Assembly: GCF_009914755.1 (NCBI RefSeq)
Contig: NC_060926.1
DNA length: 64,000 nt
Reading direction: 5' to 3' (one strand)
Origin: the human T2T-CHM13v2.0 reference genome, Homo sapiens
In this document: one piece after another, positions 1-14,660 of the stretch
Layout of the letters: every line of letters starts with the position of its first letter
Position numbering within the stretch: position 1 is the stretch's first letter
Made by a program: the position numbers and the translations under genes
Notes under the pieces: model-generated
Database searches by the model: none
What the model saw: the letters and a program-made list of their open reading frames with translations, nothing else
What the model was told of the DNA's origin: nothing

Positions 1-8
1 GAGAGCGC

Positions 9-365
9 TGCCATGGTCTGAATGTTTGTGTCCCCCCAGAATTCATATGGAGAAACCTAGCCCCCAGTGAGGGCATTAGGAGGTGGGGGCTCTGGAAGGT
101 GATTAGGTCATAAAGGCAGAGCTGTCATTAATGGGATCAGTGCCCTTATAAAAGAGGCCCCAGAGAGTTTGTTTGCCTCTTCCACCGTGTAATGATACAG
201 CAAGAAGGCACCATCTATAAACCAGGAAATAGGTTCTCATTAGAAACCAAATCTGCCAGTGCCTTGGTCTTGGACTTTCCAGCCTCCAGAACTGGGAGAA
301 ATAATTTCTCTTGTTTATAAGTCACCCAGCTTATGGCATTTTGTTACAGGAGCTCAAATGTGTTA
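9..365 (+). mobile_element. MaLR solo LTR, MLT1A/MLT1A0-like
   Basis: Begins tgccatggtctgaatgtttgtgtcccccca; contains gtgcccttataaaagaggcccc and ggactttccagcctccagaact, typical of MLT1A. Confidence 0.85.
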
Positions 366-384
366 AGACGGTAGCACTTAGAAT

Positions 385-720
385 CAGAGGCTTGGGGGCA
401 TGCTCCTTGAAGTTAAACTTGGCTTGTGACTCACTTTGGCCAATGAAACGTGAGTTGCGGTAATGACGTCTCTTCTGGGAACAGACCTGCAAGCCCAAGG
501 CTTGATACACCATGTCCCCTTTCCCCTGCCACAGAGACTGATGGCACTACTTTGGGGGATTCTTCCAACCAACACTCCTAAGTAAAGGTGACAGAGAATA
601 GAACCCTGCTGAGTCAAGATGGCCATATAGCATGCACAAGAGATAAATGTGTGCTGGGCGCAGACATTGAGTTTGGGTTTATTTTTTACCAGAGCATAAC
701 CAGCCTGTCCTGGCGGATAT
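385..720 (+). mobile_element. Old MaLR LTR fragment (MLT1J/I-like)
   Basis: tgtgactcactttggccaatgaa and 3' end agcatgcacaagagataaat...agcataaccagcct resemble MLT1J-class LTRs. Confidence 0.6.
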
Positions 721-769
721 AGTTAACAGCCAACAGTATCCCCTAAATGCCACATTTTACACACGGCCA

Positions 770-880
770 GTGGAGCCTTATAAATTTGAGAGCTAGGAAT
801 CTTCCCATTTTACAGATGAGAAAACTGAGACTCTGAGCAGTAACAACTCACACTTGATGCTGAAACTGGAACCTTAACCA
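770..880. mobile_element. MIR SINE fragment
   Basis: MIR core cccattttacagatgagaaaactgag. Confidence 0.7.
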
Positions 881-1309
881 CCTACCACCACCTGCCAAGC
901 CTGATCTGTAGCAGGCAACCAGCACATTCACACTGAATCTCACAGACATTCACTCTGGGCTGAGCAGACATTGGCAGACACTGACCCCTTCGTTTGTTTC
1001 TGAGGCAAGAAGAGGCATTTCTCATGGGAAAAGGGTTGAGGACAGGAAAGAGGGCTCCTAGGAAACACACCCATCCATCTAAGTCCACAGGAGGCCAAGT
1101 CAAAGGTGTAGGGTCACTCTATACCCATTGCTTGGCCCTACTGTGCCTGAAATCCCCCAAGAAGCCACCAGAAACAAAAACTTCTGGGAAAAGAGACAGT
1201 GGGAATTTCCTCAGACAGTAATGAGTTATTCTGGATCAAATGCCCACTGGGCCAAGAAGGTGAGTCACCTAGTCAGTTTGGACTGCCATAGTGGAATACC
1301 ATTGATGGG

Positions 1310-1618
1310 ATGACTTGTAAACAACTGAAAATTACTTCTCACAGTTCTCAAAAGTCCAAGATCAGGTCCCAGCATGGCCGGATTCTGGCAGGGACCCTCT
1401 TCCAGGTTGAAGACTTTAACATCTCATTTTCTTGCATGGTGGAAAGAGAGTGAGAGAGCTCTCTGGGGTCTCTTTCATAAGGGCGCTAATCCCATTCATG
1501 AGGGCTCCACCCTCGTGACCTCATCACTTCCCAAAGGCCTCATCTCCTAATATGATCACCTTGGGGGTTAGGATTTCAACATATGAATTTGGCAGGACAC
1601 AAGCAGTCAGTCCATAAC
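1310..1618 (-). mobile_element. MaLR solo LTR, MLT1A-like
   Basis: ataagggcgctaatcccattcatgagggctccaccctcgtgacct...ttaggatttcaacatatgaattt is the reverse complement of the MLT1A 5' part. Confidence 0.85.
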
Positions 1619-2599
1619 TGTGACACACAGGAGAAAACTGCAGGCCAGCCAGGGAGAGTGGCAAGGAAGGGAACAGGTGCTTCCTCTCCACAGGGCAGCT
1701 GCCATTCTGCTGAGCATCTGCAGGTGGGAAGATGGCCAAGTGTTGCCAGAGCATCCCATTTTCCAAGACAAGTTGGAAAATATAGATTTTCTTTTTAACA
1801 TGAAAGGTCAGCTCCTGATCTTTAAATCTTGATAGGTCATTAAACAACTTAAAATGCATGTGTGCCAAGCAAAACACATTCCAGACTGTAGCCCCCAAGC
1901 CTTCAGTCTGTGACCTCTGGAAAGATCTAGCATCATTTTGCTGCTTGAAGGAATGTTACTGGGGGCAGAATCTCCTCATCTAAACAAGGAATATGTCCGG
2001 AAATGCTGTCGCCCGCCTGACATGTGGGTGGAGTTGGCTGCCATCTGGATCCGGGTGTTTCAGAACCACCACCTGCTGCGAGGTGTCTGACATTCCATAA
2101 CTAGGGACTCAGTTCTTGTTTGGGGGCACTGTCTCCTGGTTAAAAATAAATGAACCTTGACTGCCTTCTCAATAACTTTTCCCTTAGAAAAAAGCAGTAA
2201 GTATGAAGACAAGACCCTGAAGTTTGGCCAGTGGGTGAGATGGTGCAAAGAGGGTTCCCTGGGATAGGGCAGAAGAGGAAGGAAAAAGTAGCTGGGTGTG
2301 TGTACCAGGAGGACTTGCCCCAGTTCATGGTTTCCACTCATGGTACCCAATGTTGGCCTCCAACACACAATCCTGAATTCCCAGCAATGGCTGAGAAAGG
2401 TGCATGGGCCTTCAGGGAGAGAGACTTCAGCTGGGCTGAGGAAGCTGTTGAGGTAGAGCCTCTCAAACTCAGTTTTCTCAAAGGCACGCAGAATTTCCAT
2501 CTGTGGCTATTTGTACTAATGATGATGTGCCCTCCACACACGCGTCTGTTCAAACTCTCATTAATTTTAAGCAGGCTGGGAGAAGACAGCCTGTACACA

Positions 2600-3371
<772 letters not shown>

Positions 3372-6214
3372 GCTCACAGTTTAGTTGGGGGTTGGGGTCA
3401 CTCCAGGTAGGCAGCATTGGCCAACGTGGTTGATTAAAATGCACCCCCACACACTAACTCTGCAGAATGCACTTGGAGGAGGCAGGTTTGAAGGGATTGA
3501 TGTACTCATCTGTTCCAGATGGAGGGCAGAGAGGCTCAAGAGATGTTTGAAATCATTGTGTTTTGACCAGAAACTTCATTAGCCTGAAGACAATGGGGCA
3601 ATTGTCCTGGGGCAGACAAAGCAGAGTGCTGGGGACTTGGATAAGCTGCCACCTGAGCTGTCTGGGCACAGATTTCCACAGGCCGATGCCCGGCGGTGAA
3701 GAAGGCAGTTCTCTTCCTGTGAAAGGCAGCCACTGGGGGTGGTGGCCACTCAGTCCCACTGGAGGGGGCCAACATGGACAAGTGGCCCTGTCACCTCCTT
3801 GCTGGGGCAAGTCACCAATGTTTTTAGCAGGCAAGAGGCATCTCAAATTAAACCCAACTAAAAGAGATGTGCCTTGGGAAGGGAATGGCATTTTCTAGTA
3901 TAAGAACAAAATGTTGTCATGGACGGAGAGCTTTAAAGACATGATACCTTTATTTTGCAGGGAGAAGCAGTTGGAAATGAAAGAAGTTGAAATGTACAAT
4001 ACTAATTGAAAAGAATTGGGATAGCCCTGAAATGTATTCCCGGCCCCCTCTCTCACCAGTTTCTGATATTTTGAAAACTTCAGGAGATAAATTCGAGTTT
4101 TTCTCCAGACATGGCTCTACAAAGAATCACATTTAGAGGCACTGCTTGGAGCTTGGCCAGTTAGGAAGAAGGGTGAGGAAGACTCCGCACCAGAGCCCTG
4201 TTGGTCCTGGCACAGGCCCCCATAAATAGGAAGAGAAGGTGCTAAAATACCTTTGTTCTTTTTAAAGAAGGGCTGCCAATTACTTCAACCAAGGTCCTGA
4301 TTCCACTCCTGCTAATTAGGCTGACATCACAGAATTTACCAGAAGAAAAGTGGCCTGGAAAGCCACTCTCCCCGTCTCTAGGTTTCTGTGTGATCATGTG
4401 ACACAGCAGTTACTATGGCGATTATCAGTCTTGAGTGGATTGTCCACAAGTTAAACTTACATCTGACAAGTCAAATTTGTCAGTTTGGGGAAAAAGTAAA
4501 GTGGGTTACTTTTTTTATTTTTCCTTGAAGAGATTTTCTTGGCTCCTGGAGATACCTTCTCCCCCTTTCTAGCTGACAGGTTTTTTTCCACACTGTAGTT
4601 TTGAGGTTGTTTTATTCTCTCTTGTGGTCTATATTGTGCATAAGAAATAGACATAGCTGGCAGCTGTGGCCCTCCATCATGATGTGGGGATAAAATAAAA
4701 CACTTCCTGTGATTCAGTGAGGCACCAATCATAGGCTCTGCCTCTTCCGTGATGGGAATAGTATGCCAGCGACTGGGTTTTCTCTCCAACAAGTGTTTTC
4801 AATTTCCTTCATGGGCACGAACTGCACCACCACCAACATACCATGATCCTGCATGTGGGCATGTGTGCACATATGTGTGATGGGATTCCTAGGCTATAAT
4901 GTTATTTTCCCGAATGCTGCCAGACACATGTCTCTGGAAATCCAGTGCTCTATCTCTCTTATGCCTTCTTGTGCATACAAATGCAGACCAGGAGCCAGAG
5001 CCAGAAAATACATACATAAAACCAGAAACCTCTTATGCTGATGCCGCGGAAAAATAACAGATATGGACCTCATGGAGGAGCAGGCTCTCCATAAACCAGC
5101 CAGAACCCACCTACCCCAACCCCAGATGCAGACAGACTGGTGCAGGTGGCCCAGCTGGGGCTGTAGGAAGAGTGTGCAGAAGCTGCAGGAAGAGTGGGTC
5201 CTGCTCACTGCCTTCTCTTTTTTTTGTTGTTATCTTGCACTCCCCATGCCAGGGGACATGGGAGGTGGAGAATCCTCGTGAAGTGCGTGGGGACAGTTGA
5301 CCATCCTCCACTCCTCCCAGTCTACCCCCAGAGCCTCTCTCTCTACAGGTTTGCCTGGCTCTTAATTTGAGGACCTGTCTCTGCAGAGGCCCCTTGGTGA
5401 TAAACTCAGGGTCACGAGTCAGTTCTCATAGGGATGTTCACTCTCCAGACTCACACCCACTGGCTGCCCTTGCAGACCTGCTGGGTGCCACAGAACCAGG
5501 GCACACTGCAACCAGAGCTTCCAGAAACTGGGAATGCTGGAAGTATCCAGGCAAGAAGCCAATAGCTCCAGGGACCCTGTGGCTCTGGGATGCAGGTGGC
5601 CTCTGCTCACCAAGTTCATGCTGGTAGGTATGTGGATGCTGCACTCCGTCCTCTGAACAAGACGGCCACTTTCCTTACTGGCAGATAGTGAAAAAGAATC
5701 CTTTTAGCACTGTCTAAGCAAGAGGCTGGCCTGCCTACTTGCCAGAACTTTCCGTGAACTTGCCAGAACACTCCTGGCCTCAACCAAGCCTCCCGCCTCA
5801 GCCTCCCAAGTTGCACAATCTCATGGTGCAAAAGGTATCCCTCTGGCCTGCACCCTGCCAGGAGCTGACAGGCGTCCAGGGTAAGCCAAGATGGGTTTAT
5901 CGTGAAGCTCCCAGAGTGAGAGGGTAGTCCCAGCATAATGGTGCCAGGTAGGAAGGTGCCCGAGGAGTTAGGGCTAATGAGAGCCATCATTTATCATGAG
6001 GTGCCCACATAGTGGGCAGGGCCACCTGCCCTTTTCCAGTTACTCCTACAACCTGGCAGGGCCTCACATTCCCACCAGGAGATGTTTGCTTCCTCCCAGG
6101 ATCCAGACAAGGTTCTGGGTGAAGACAGACAGGAGTGGTGGAGACAATGACTAGGATCCCTGCTGGCACTGCAGGAGAGCCCTCAGCGGATTACAGGAGG
6201 GCCCATCTGCTGAG

Positions 6215-6440
6215 AATCTGCTCATGCCAGGCACCATGCTAGGAACATTCTCATTCTAACTTTATTCTCATCCTTCAGAGAAAGCCTCCAATTTAGACCC
6301 TGTGATTCCATTTTACAGAAGAGAAATCTGGGGTCCAGTACTTCAACAATGCCTGTGTGTCCCAGTGCCAGTAGGGAAAGCAGAATTTGGACCCAGAATT
6401 ACAGACAGACCCTGAATCAGTGCTGTTTCTTGCATTCCAG
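6215..6440. mobile_element. MIR fragment
   Basis: atgccaggcaccatgctaagg...ccattttacagaagagaaatctggg. Confidence 0.65.
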
Positions 6441-7001
6441 TGCTCCCCAAATTTCAGCAACTCATGTGTCACCATGCACCCCATTTACTTGATATTTTTC
6501 TTCTGATCAACTTGAAATCACTCACTTTTAAACTTCAGCTTGTCTTAAGCCATGATATTCATAAAATAATGGATTTAATGTGCAAGTAACACTTTTTCCA
6601 GATCTCATTAAAAGTTTCCTGGCCACAGAGCCCCTCTTGAGGGAGGTGAGGGAGAACTGGAAGGAGGAAATATGTAGATGGAAAGGAGAGGAGTTAGCAG
6701 AAAGCACCAGTAAAATAGAAGTAGGCTGTATATGAGTGAGTGGACAGCTCATTTGTTTCCCAGGACTGCAGTAACAAATGCCCACCAACTGAGTGGCTAA
6801 CAACAACAGCAATTTACTCTGTCTCAGCTATGGAGGCTCCAAGTGCAAGATCGAGGTGGGGGCAGGGTCATGGTCCCACTGAAACTTGCAGGGGCGGGTC
6901 CTTCCTTGCCTCCTCCTGAATCTGGTGGTTGCCTGCAATTCCTGGCACTCTTTGGAGGGGCTGAGTCACTCCAATCTCTGCCTCTGTCTCCATACCACAT
7001 T

Positions 7002-7005
<4 letters not shown>

Positions 7006-7074
<69 letters not shown>

Positions 7075-7084
7075 AGAGAGAGAC
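7006..7084. repeat. Compound (TG)n(GA)n microsatellite
   Basis: About 21 GT units directly followed by a GA run. Confidence 0.97.
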
Positions 7085-7104
7085 CCTGGCTCTCTTTTTA
7101 AAAC

Positions 7105-7406
7105 ATTTATTTATTTATTTATTTATTTATAGAGACGTGGTCTTGCTCTGTGGCCCAGGCTAGAGGGCAGCAGTGTGATCACGACTCACTGCAGCTCCAG
7201 CTGGGCTCCAGCAATCCTCCTGCCTCAGCCTCCCCAGTAGCTGGGATTATACGCATGTGCCACCAGCTAATTTTTTAATTTTTAAAATTGTTTTAGAGAT
7301 GGAGTCTTGCTATGTTTCCCAGGCTGGTCTCACATTCTTGACCTCAAGCAAGCCTCCCACCTCAGCCTCCCAAGTTGCTGGGGTTGCAGGTATGAGCTAC
7401 CTGGCC
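7105..7406 (-). mobile_element. AluJ
   Basis: (TTTA)n tail, ctcactgcagc and caatcctcctgcctcagcctcc J-type features. Confidence 0.9.
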
Positions 7407-7799
7407 CTGCTGTTTTCTCCTTTCATAAGAACAACAGGCATTGATGTACTATGACCATCCAACATGAAGAGTATGACCTCATCTTAATGAGTTACACCCG
7501 CAAAGACCCTATTTCCAAGTAGGGTCACACTCTGAGGTCCTGGATGGATGTGGATACAGGGTCACTCTTCGACCCAGCACAGATGGAGCGAGTGTGGGTG
7601 TGAGCGTGTGACACACAGCAGCCCTGGGAAGGGACGTGTGATTGAGCTGTGCAGTTAGTGAGAGGCAGCCTGTGGGGGAGAAATACCCTGGTAAGGAGGC
7701 TCAGGCCTTCTCACTGCGGGCCTGCCTGTGCCTCTCTGGAACTTTCTACCTCTATCAAGGGAGAAGCTCAGACATCGCCAGAGTGAGAGATGAAATGTA

Positions 7800-8370
7800 T
7801 CACAAATTAAAAAGAGAACTACCATATGATCCAGCAACCCCATTTCTGGGTATTTATCCAAAACAGTCAGCATCCTTATGCTCCTAGAAGCCTATTTACA
7901 ATAGCCAAGAAGTGGAAGCAACCTAAATGTCCACCGACAGATGAATGGATAAAGAAAATGTGTTGTATTCACGCAATGGAATAATGGAATATTATTCAGC
8001 CTCAAAAAAAAGGAAGGAAACTCTGACACATGCTGCAACATTGATCAATCTGGAGAACATGATGCTAAGTGAAGAAGGCAGACACAAAATACTGTTTGAT
8101 TCCACTAACATGCCGTATATAAAATAGTGAAACTCGCAGAAACAGACAGGAGCATGGTCCTGCCAGGGGCTGGGGGAGGGGACTGAAGAGCTGCTGCTCA
8201 AAGAGCCTCAAGTTTCAGTGCAGTGAGATGAATAAGCCCTGGGGACCGGCCATGAAGCATGGCACCTGCCTAGAGTTAACAAGACTGTATTGTGCCCCTA
8301 GAAACCAGCTAAGAGGGGAGATTGCATGGTAAGTGTTCTTAGCACAATAAAATCAAATTTTTTGAAAAAG
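7800..8370 (+). mobile_element. L1M (L1MB-like) 3' end
   Basis: gaactaccatatgatccagcaacccc, gtggaagcaacctaaatgtcc, gatgaatggataaagaaaatgtg; ORF 7945-8127 resembles L1 ORF2 C-terminus/3'UTR. Confidence 0.85.
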
Positions 8371-9155
8371 AATTAAGCAGAAAGAAATAAACCTTTATTT
8401 GGAAAACAAAAACAAACTTATTATATCGCTGGCCTTGAAAGTGGGTAGGGGCCGAGGGGCTCCCTGGGGACTGGGAAGAGGCCCTGGCTGTTGCTGCTTT
8501 GGTCTTTTCCTGCCTCACTCTTGTGTCTTATTTCCCCACTAGCTCAGAGGTGGATGGGAGAAGTGCCATTGATTGGGGCCTCTCATACCTGGGCCGCCAG
8601 GGCCATCTCCACTTACAGAGAAGGAGGCTGATTCTAAGGCAGGAGCACATGGTGGAGAGCCCATGGTCAACTGGGGGAGGCTGTGCCCAGCACAGTGGCT
8701 CCAAGCACACAGCCCAGTCTAGAAACTTCCCTGAAGGAGGGGCTCTGTCCACGTCACCAAGTTTCCCCAGACTGCCTTGTGCTGGCATTCAAGAGCTTAT
8801 GGGGGTGACCCCTCAGCCATGGGGTGGCTGATGGGCAGGGCCTGAGGTCCAAAGTCTCCCTTCCCACTTGCCCCCCTCATACACATGACCCCACTGGGGG
8901 TGAAGGCAAATCCTAGCATTTTCTGAGCTGGCCTTTGGGATGGCTGTCATCACATATCTGGGATGCAGGCCCTTCCCATGAGCGCTAGTCACTGGGGCTC
9001 GGGTTCCTGCAGCTAGGTGTGCTGCTCCTGGAGTGAAGTGGCCACTGTAGGCCTCTGTGGGTGTCTGCCCCACTCATGATGTTCCCTTGTCTGGGAACTG
9101 CCTCTCCCATCCACAGAGGTGAGCCTCAAGGAGTCACCTGTGTTCTGTGGGACCT

Positions 9156-9965
<810 letters not shown>

Positions 9966-10395
9966 ATCTCAAGCCAATCAGATTCTCTCTCCAGAGGAAT
10001 TTTCTACTGGGACAGAGAGACCAGCTGGTCTCTGCCTTGGTAGGACCTGGGGACCTGATGGGCAGACAACTTTGCTCCTGGCCTCCTTCTCAGGCCCTTG
10101 AGAATTGTAGGACACCACCCCTCCCTGCCCCTGTATCTTGATCAGACGCATACCTTCCACCTTAGATGAGCTTGGGCTGAGTTTCTTGCCTGCATCCCCA
10201 CCGGGACCCCTGTGAAGGCTGGCTCCCCTCAGTCAGGCTCTCCCTCCTCTGTGGGGTCTTCACCCATCCCTCCCATGTTTTCTTACGGCTGGGCTGGGTC
10301 ATACTTAGAGAACTGACTAAATACAGAGTCTCACATCCTCAGTGATTATTACAATAATTCGAGTGAACACGGAAGACTAGATTTTTATTTGTGGG

Positions 10396-10432
10396 AGTGT
10401 GTGTGTGTATGTGTGTGTGTGTGTGTGTGTGT
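10396..10432. repeat. (GT)n microsatellite
   Basis: gtgtgtgtgtgtatgtgtgt... Confidence 0.95.
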
Positions 10433-11029
10433 TTCTAACACCAGCCACTTGCTTCCAGAGACACATTTCCATCTGTGTGGTCACTAGCCTGCAAAGTTGT
10501 GGCACTTCTTGGTGCCTCCTTCAGGGCAAGTCTGAAATATTTTAATAGACGACTTAAACGTCCTTTAGGTAGAGGTTTCCAGAAAAGCCAGTGGAGTTGG
10601 ATATATGGTTTTAATAACAATTCTAGTTACTGAGGCTTCTCCTCCCATCCTTGGCTTGGGTACATACAGTATAGTTAAAACTAAACTGTCGAAGGGGAAT
10701 GATTTAAAGCAAAGTTCTGGCCGTGAGTGGGCCTTGGGAAACCTGCTTTGAGGTGCTTTGTTTTGCTTCTGGAAGAGAGCTGGGGAGGACAGCCAATGCT
10801 ATGTCGGCGTGGCTGCATTTTTGCAGCATGGAAGTCGGCGGGATTATTTTATTATCACGCTGACTGGACTATCACCCTGGTCACAGGCTGCAGCAAGGAA
10901 GACTGAATGTTTGCAACTGTAGGTGATGAAGATGCCACAGAGATGGCCTAATTAATCTTCTCATCTGTTAGCTGGGGACACAGGGAGCCCGACTTGCTCC
11001 AAGTCTCCCAGCCAGGCTGTAGGAGAGCT

Positions 11030-11270
11030 GGATTGCACCAAATCAGACACAAATTCCAGATGGCTCAAGGACCTAAGTGGAAACGTGAAACTTTCCAGTC
11101 ACGAGAGAACACCTTTATGACCTCATGGTGAGAAGGAGGGACTTCTTGGGGAAGACTCAAAAAGCACAAACCAAGCGACAAAAGGCTGACACACTTGACC
11201 ACATTACAATTAAGAATTTCTCTCTATCTTAAAACAAGAAGAAAAGCCAGTGTGTAAAGTCTAGGTTTCC
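11030..11270 (+). mobile_element. Old L1M fragment
   Basis: aaattccagatggctcaaggacctaagtggaaacgtgaaact...ttgaccacattacaattaagaatttc resembles late L1 ORF2. Confidence 0.6.
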
Positions 11271-11529
11271 CAGGTTGTGAATCATTCCCCCTGGAAGCAT
11301 AGGATGGTATGCATGGGAAGAGTGGCAGTGTTGGCTCCCTCCCAGCACCAGCCCCTTGCAATAATATATGCCCCACAACAGTGCTGTGAAGCATGCGTCC
11401 CCAAGTCACATGGAGGAAGCTGAGCCTGGGGAGGCCAGTTGCTTGCCACAGTCACTGATCTGGTGAGTGACAGGGCACCACAAGCCACCACCCCCTGCAA
11501 TCATCACCCATAGACTCACCAATGCCCCT

Positions 11530-11950
11530 CTCCTCCCCTCCCACCTTTGCAGGAACCAAGGTGTTCTTTAAAAAATGAAAATCAGACTGTGATATCCTCA
11601 CCATCAGGTCCTTCTCCTCCTCACCTCTTACCACATTTCCCTTTCCCCAGCTCCTGCAGTGCGGGCCTCCCCAGGGCCTTTGCACAAGCTGCTCCCTCAC
11701 CTGAGACCCTCTTCTCACTTCTCCACGTGGTCAATGTCACTCATCCTGAAATGCCACCACCTGGGAGAACCCTGCCCTGGCCTGGATGCCATTCCTCTTA
11801 GCACTGTACATAATTTGGCTTCTATGTATTTGTTTAACATCTGTCTGGAGTACACTGAATGCTCTTTTGTTCCTGACTGTACTCTTAGCTCCTAATGCAG
11901 TGGCGGGCACATAATACATGCTCAACCAAAATTTGTTGACTGAATGGTGA
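11530..11950. mobile_element. L2 3' fragment
   Basis: cagggcctttgcacaagctgct and ggcacataatacatgctcaaccaaaatttgttgactgaatg. Confidence 0.7.
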
Positions 11951-13054
11951 GTCCCTACTGAAATGTTTCGAGCACTGTCCCTAATGAGCCATGTGACCTT
12001 GACTATGAAAGCCCACAGTGCCTCCCAGCTCTGACCTACATTCACCCAGCTACTCAGAGACAATAACCCTACTGTGTGCCAGGCAACAGGGATGCAGTGC
12101 TCCAGGCAGCCCAGGGTCAGGCAGCATCTACCAAGAGTCTAAATTCACACAGTTCTCTTGGTCTCCAACTTGCCTGGAGATGGCTGGCCTCCCCAGATGT
12201 TGGCTTGCGTTTCCTGGGTGGCCCCCTGGCTATGGAGGTGATGCCGGGGGCGGGGGATGAGTTCCAGCCTACAGGAAGGATGCACCTGAGCCAAAAGGCC
12301 ACAGTAGTGCAGGAGCCAGGGCCAGCAGCCAGTCAGAGGAGGGCGGAGCCTTCGGGACAGCAGCACGTCTCTGATGCCAATGGGACAGCAGCAGCCCTGC
12401 CCGCCCTGAGCAGGCTCCCTTCAGGCTGTAACTCCTGTCTATTATTCAAAAAAGGGAACCTTTTTCCTCCTCTCAAGCTTTGTACAAAACCATGACGAAA
12501 TAATTAAGTTGTTGACTCTTCTTTCTTCCTGGGGCAGAAAACACAGCCCCACAGAGGATCACATTTCACCTGTGTGCTGCCCATCTGTGCTCCAAGCTCA
12601 GAAGTCTGCAGAAGGAGCCCTCCACCAGCCCTGCAGCAGGGTCCCCGTGCTTCCTCACCAGCGGGGCTCTCTCCACGGGCTTCTCTGCACAGCGCAGCAT
12701 TTTTTTAAACCAAGGTTCTAAAATTTACCTTGCTTCTTTAGAGGCACCTAGGAAGCCTTCGTTGCTTCAGTGAGCTTCTCATGGTAAACAACCAGAAACA
12801 AATCGTAATCATACGGGGAAGGGTTGCGCTGGCAGGGTCGTGTGGAGGAAAGGGCCAGCTATGTGGATTCCATCTCCGCTGGGATAGGACTTCTGAGGAC
12901 GGGGGAGTGCCCTGAGAGGCCACTGGGTGAGGGGCCAGTGGGGGTCTTGGGAATGAGGGAGACACTGGACAATTTTTGCGGCTTTCTGAGAGGTGAAGTT
13001 ACTTGACAGGGGTAAGTGGGGAGAGAAAGGCAGAGGGGAGGAGAAAGGAGCCTG

Positions 13055-13260
13055 CACCTACTGAGTGCTCACAAAGTGCCCTGTGCTCTGCCCATGGGTT
13101 ACCTCAATTTTCTCATTTAAGTCCCTTGCTGACCCTGAGAAACAGAGATTATCATCCTCATTTGATGCTTCAAGAAACTGAGGCTCAGACAGGCTGAGCA
13201 ACTTCCCCAAGATCACACAGTGATTTGCACCCAGGCCCATCTAAAGCATTCATACCGTGC
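13055..13260. mobile_element. MIR
   Basis: aagaaactgaggctcaga...gcaacttccccaagatcacacag. Confidence 0.75.
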
Positions 13261-14349
13261 TGCCTTGCATGGAGGAAGGGAATAGCGTGGCCTGAGAAAG
13301 TCTGACCAATAGCCCCTATCCTCTCCCACCTGAGCTGGGATCCTCGTGACAGATCTGCAGACATGCAGTGGAGCTATTCCAGCCACAAGGCCCTCAAGCA
13401 TTTGCCAAACCAAGCATTTGCTGCAACCAACAAATGAATCTGTGCACCCCTTCCAATAGCCCACACACAATGGTTTGGTTCAATGTGTCTATGTTTGAGA
13501 CAAGCACTTCCAAAAGGAAAGCACGTGTCTGGCCAGTGGGACCCATAGCAGGTTCAGAGTCCGAAGGGCCATGAGGCATCCTTGGCACCGACTGCCCCGG
13601 CCAGCTGTGCAAGGTTGGAGGTGGTAGGTGGGGTGTGCATTCACCAAGGCTTTTCCTCGGCATTAATCTGCTTACAAGAAGACTGCGCAGACTCTTGTGA
13701 AAAGTTCACCAAGGTTACATGCAGGGGGAAAGGCAAGGCCAAGGTAGGAACGGGGACCTCCATGGAGCGGATGACCTGAGAAAGCTGCAGATGGAAGATG
13801 GTGGAAAGATGACGTGAAGGTTAGGGCACAAGAGTAACAAGTGTCCTGGGCTCAGGGGGAAGTTAATCCTAGTCAGAGAAAGCAGGGAGGGAAGAACCAT
13901 CTATGCCACCCATGAGGGATGGAGTTGAGAAGGCCCCGGCTCTGTAACTCCAAAGCTCAGGCTCTTACTGGGCCATCACACAGCCCCCTGTGTGCTAAAG
14001 TGATAAGTGCCCTACATCAGAAAGCACTCATACCTCTCTAAACAGACTCAAGATGGAGCTGGATTCCAAACCCGGAAGCAAGGCTCTCTGCAACTCATTT
14101 TTTTTTTCACTTTCCATATTGTGCTGAACAAGTGGGGAGGGTTGAAGGCAGTGGGATGTTCAGAATGTTGGCAAGTGACAGTGACCAGAGGCAATGGAAA
14201 GCAGGACAGGATGTGACTTGAGCATGTTGTGGAGGGTAGGAGAGACAGTGCCGGGGCAGATTCAGGTCCTCCCCATGCTCCGCCGGGCTGGCTGGCCCTG
14301 GGGAAACGGCAAACGAGAGTTAGCCAAAGCAAAAGAGCTTCTTAAAAGT

Positions 14350-14660
14350 GATTTTGATTGTGAAGTATACCACTCATATTATAAAATGCATCACACATAC
14401 AGAAGACTGTATAAAATGTACCTGAACGATTTAAAGAATAATCATAAGATGAACATTTGAGTATCCACACCCAATGCTAAACAAAACAAAACAAAACAAC
14501 AAAACAAAAAAGCAGCATCTTACAAAACGGTCCTGTGTTTCTCTCACATGGTGTCTTCCTCCCTCCCTCACCAGGGCTAGCAAACCTCCTGATTTTTATG
14601 TCGGTCATCCACTTGTTTTTCTTTATAATTTACCATTTATGTGTGATCTCTAAACAATGG
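14350..14660 (-). mobile_element. Old L1M 3' end fragment
   Basis: ttgattgtgaagtata..., aacctcctgatttttatg, typical antisense L1ME 3'UTR. Confidence 0.55.

Larger units (their letters stand above)
6748..7580 (-). mobile_element. MaLR LTR (MLT1B/C-like), split by a microsatellite and an Alu
   Basis: ctgcagtaacaaatg...gtggctaacaacaacagcaattt start; gtatgacctcatcttaat...caaagaccctatttccaagtagggtcacactctgagg end. Confidence 0.75.
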
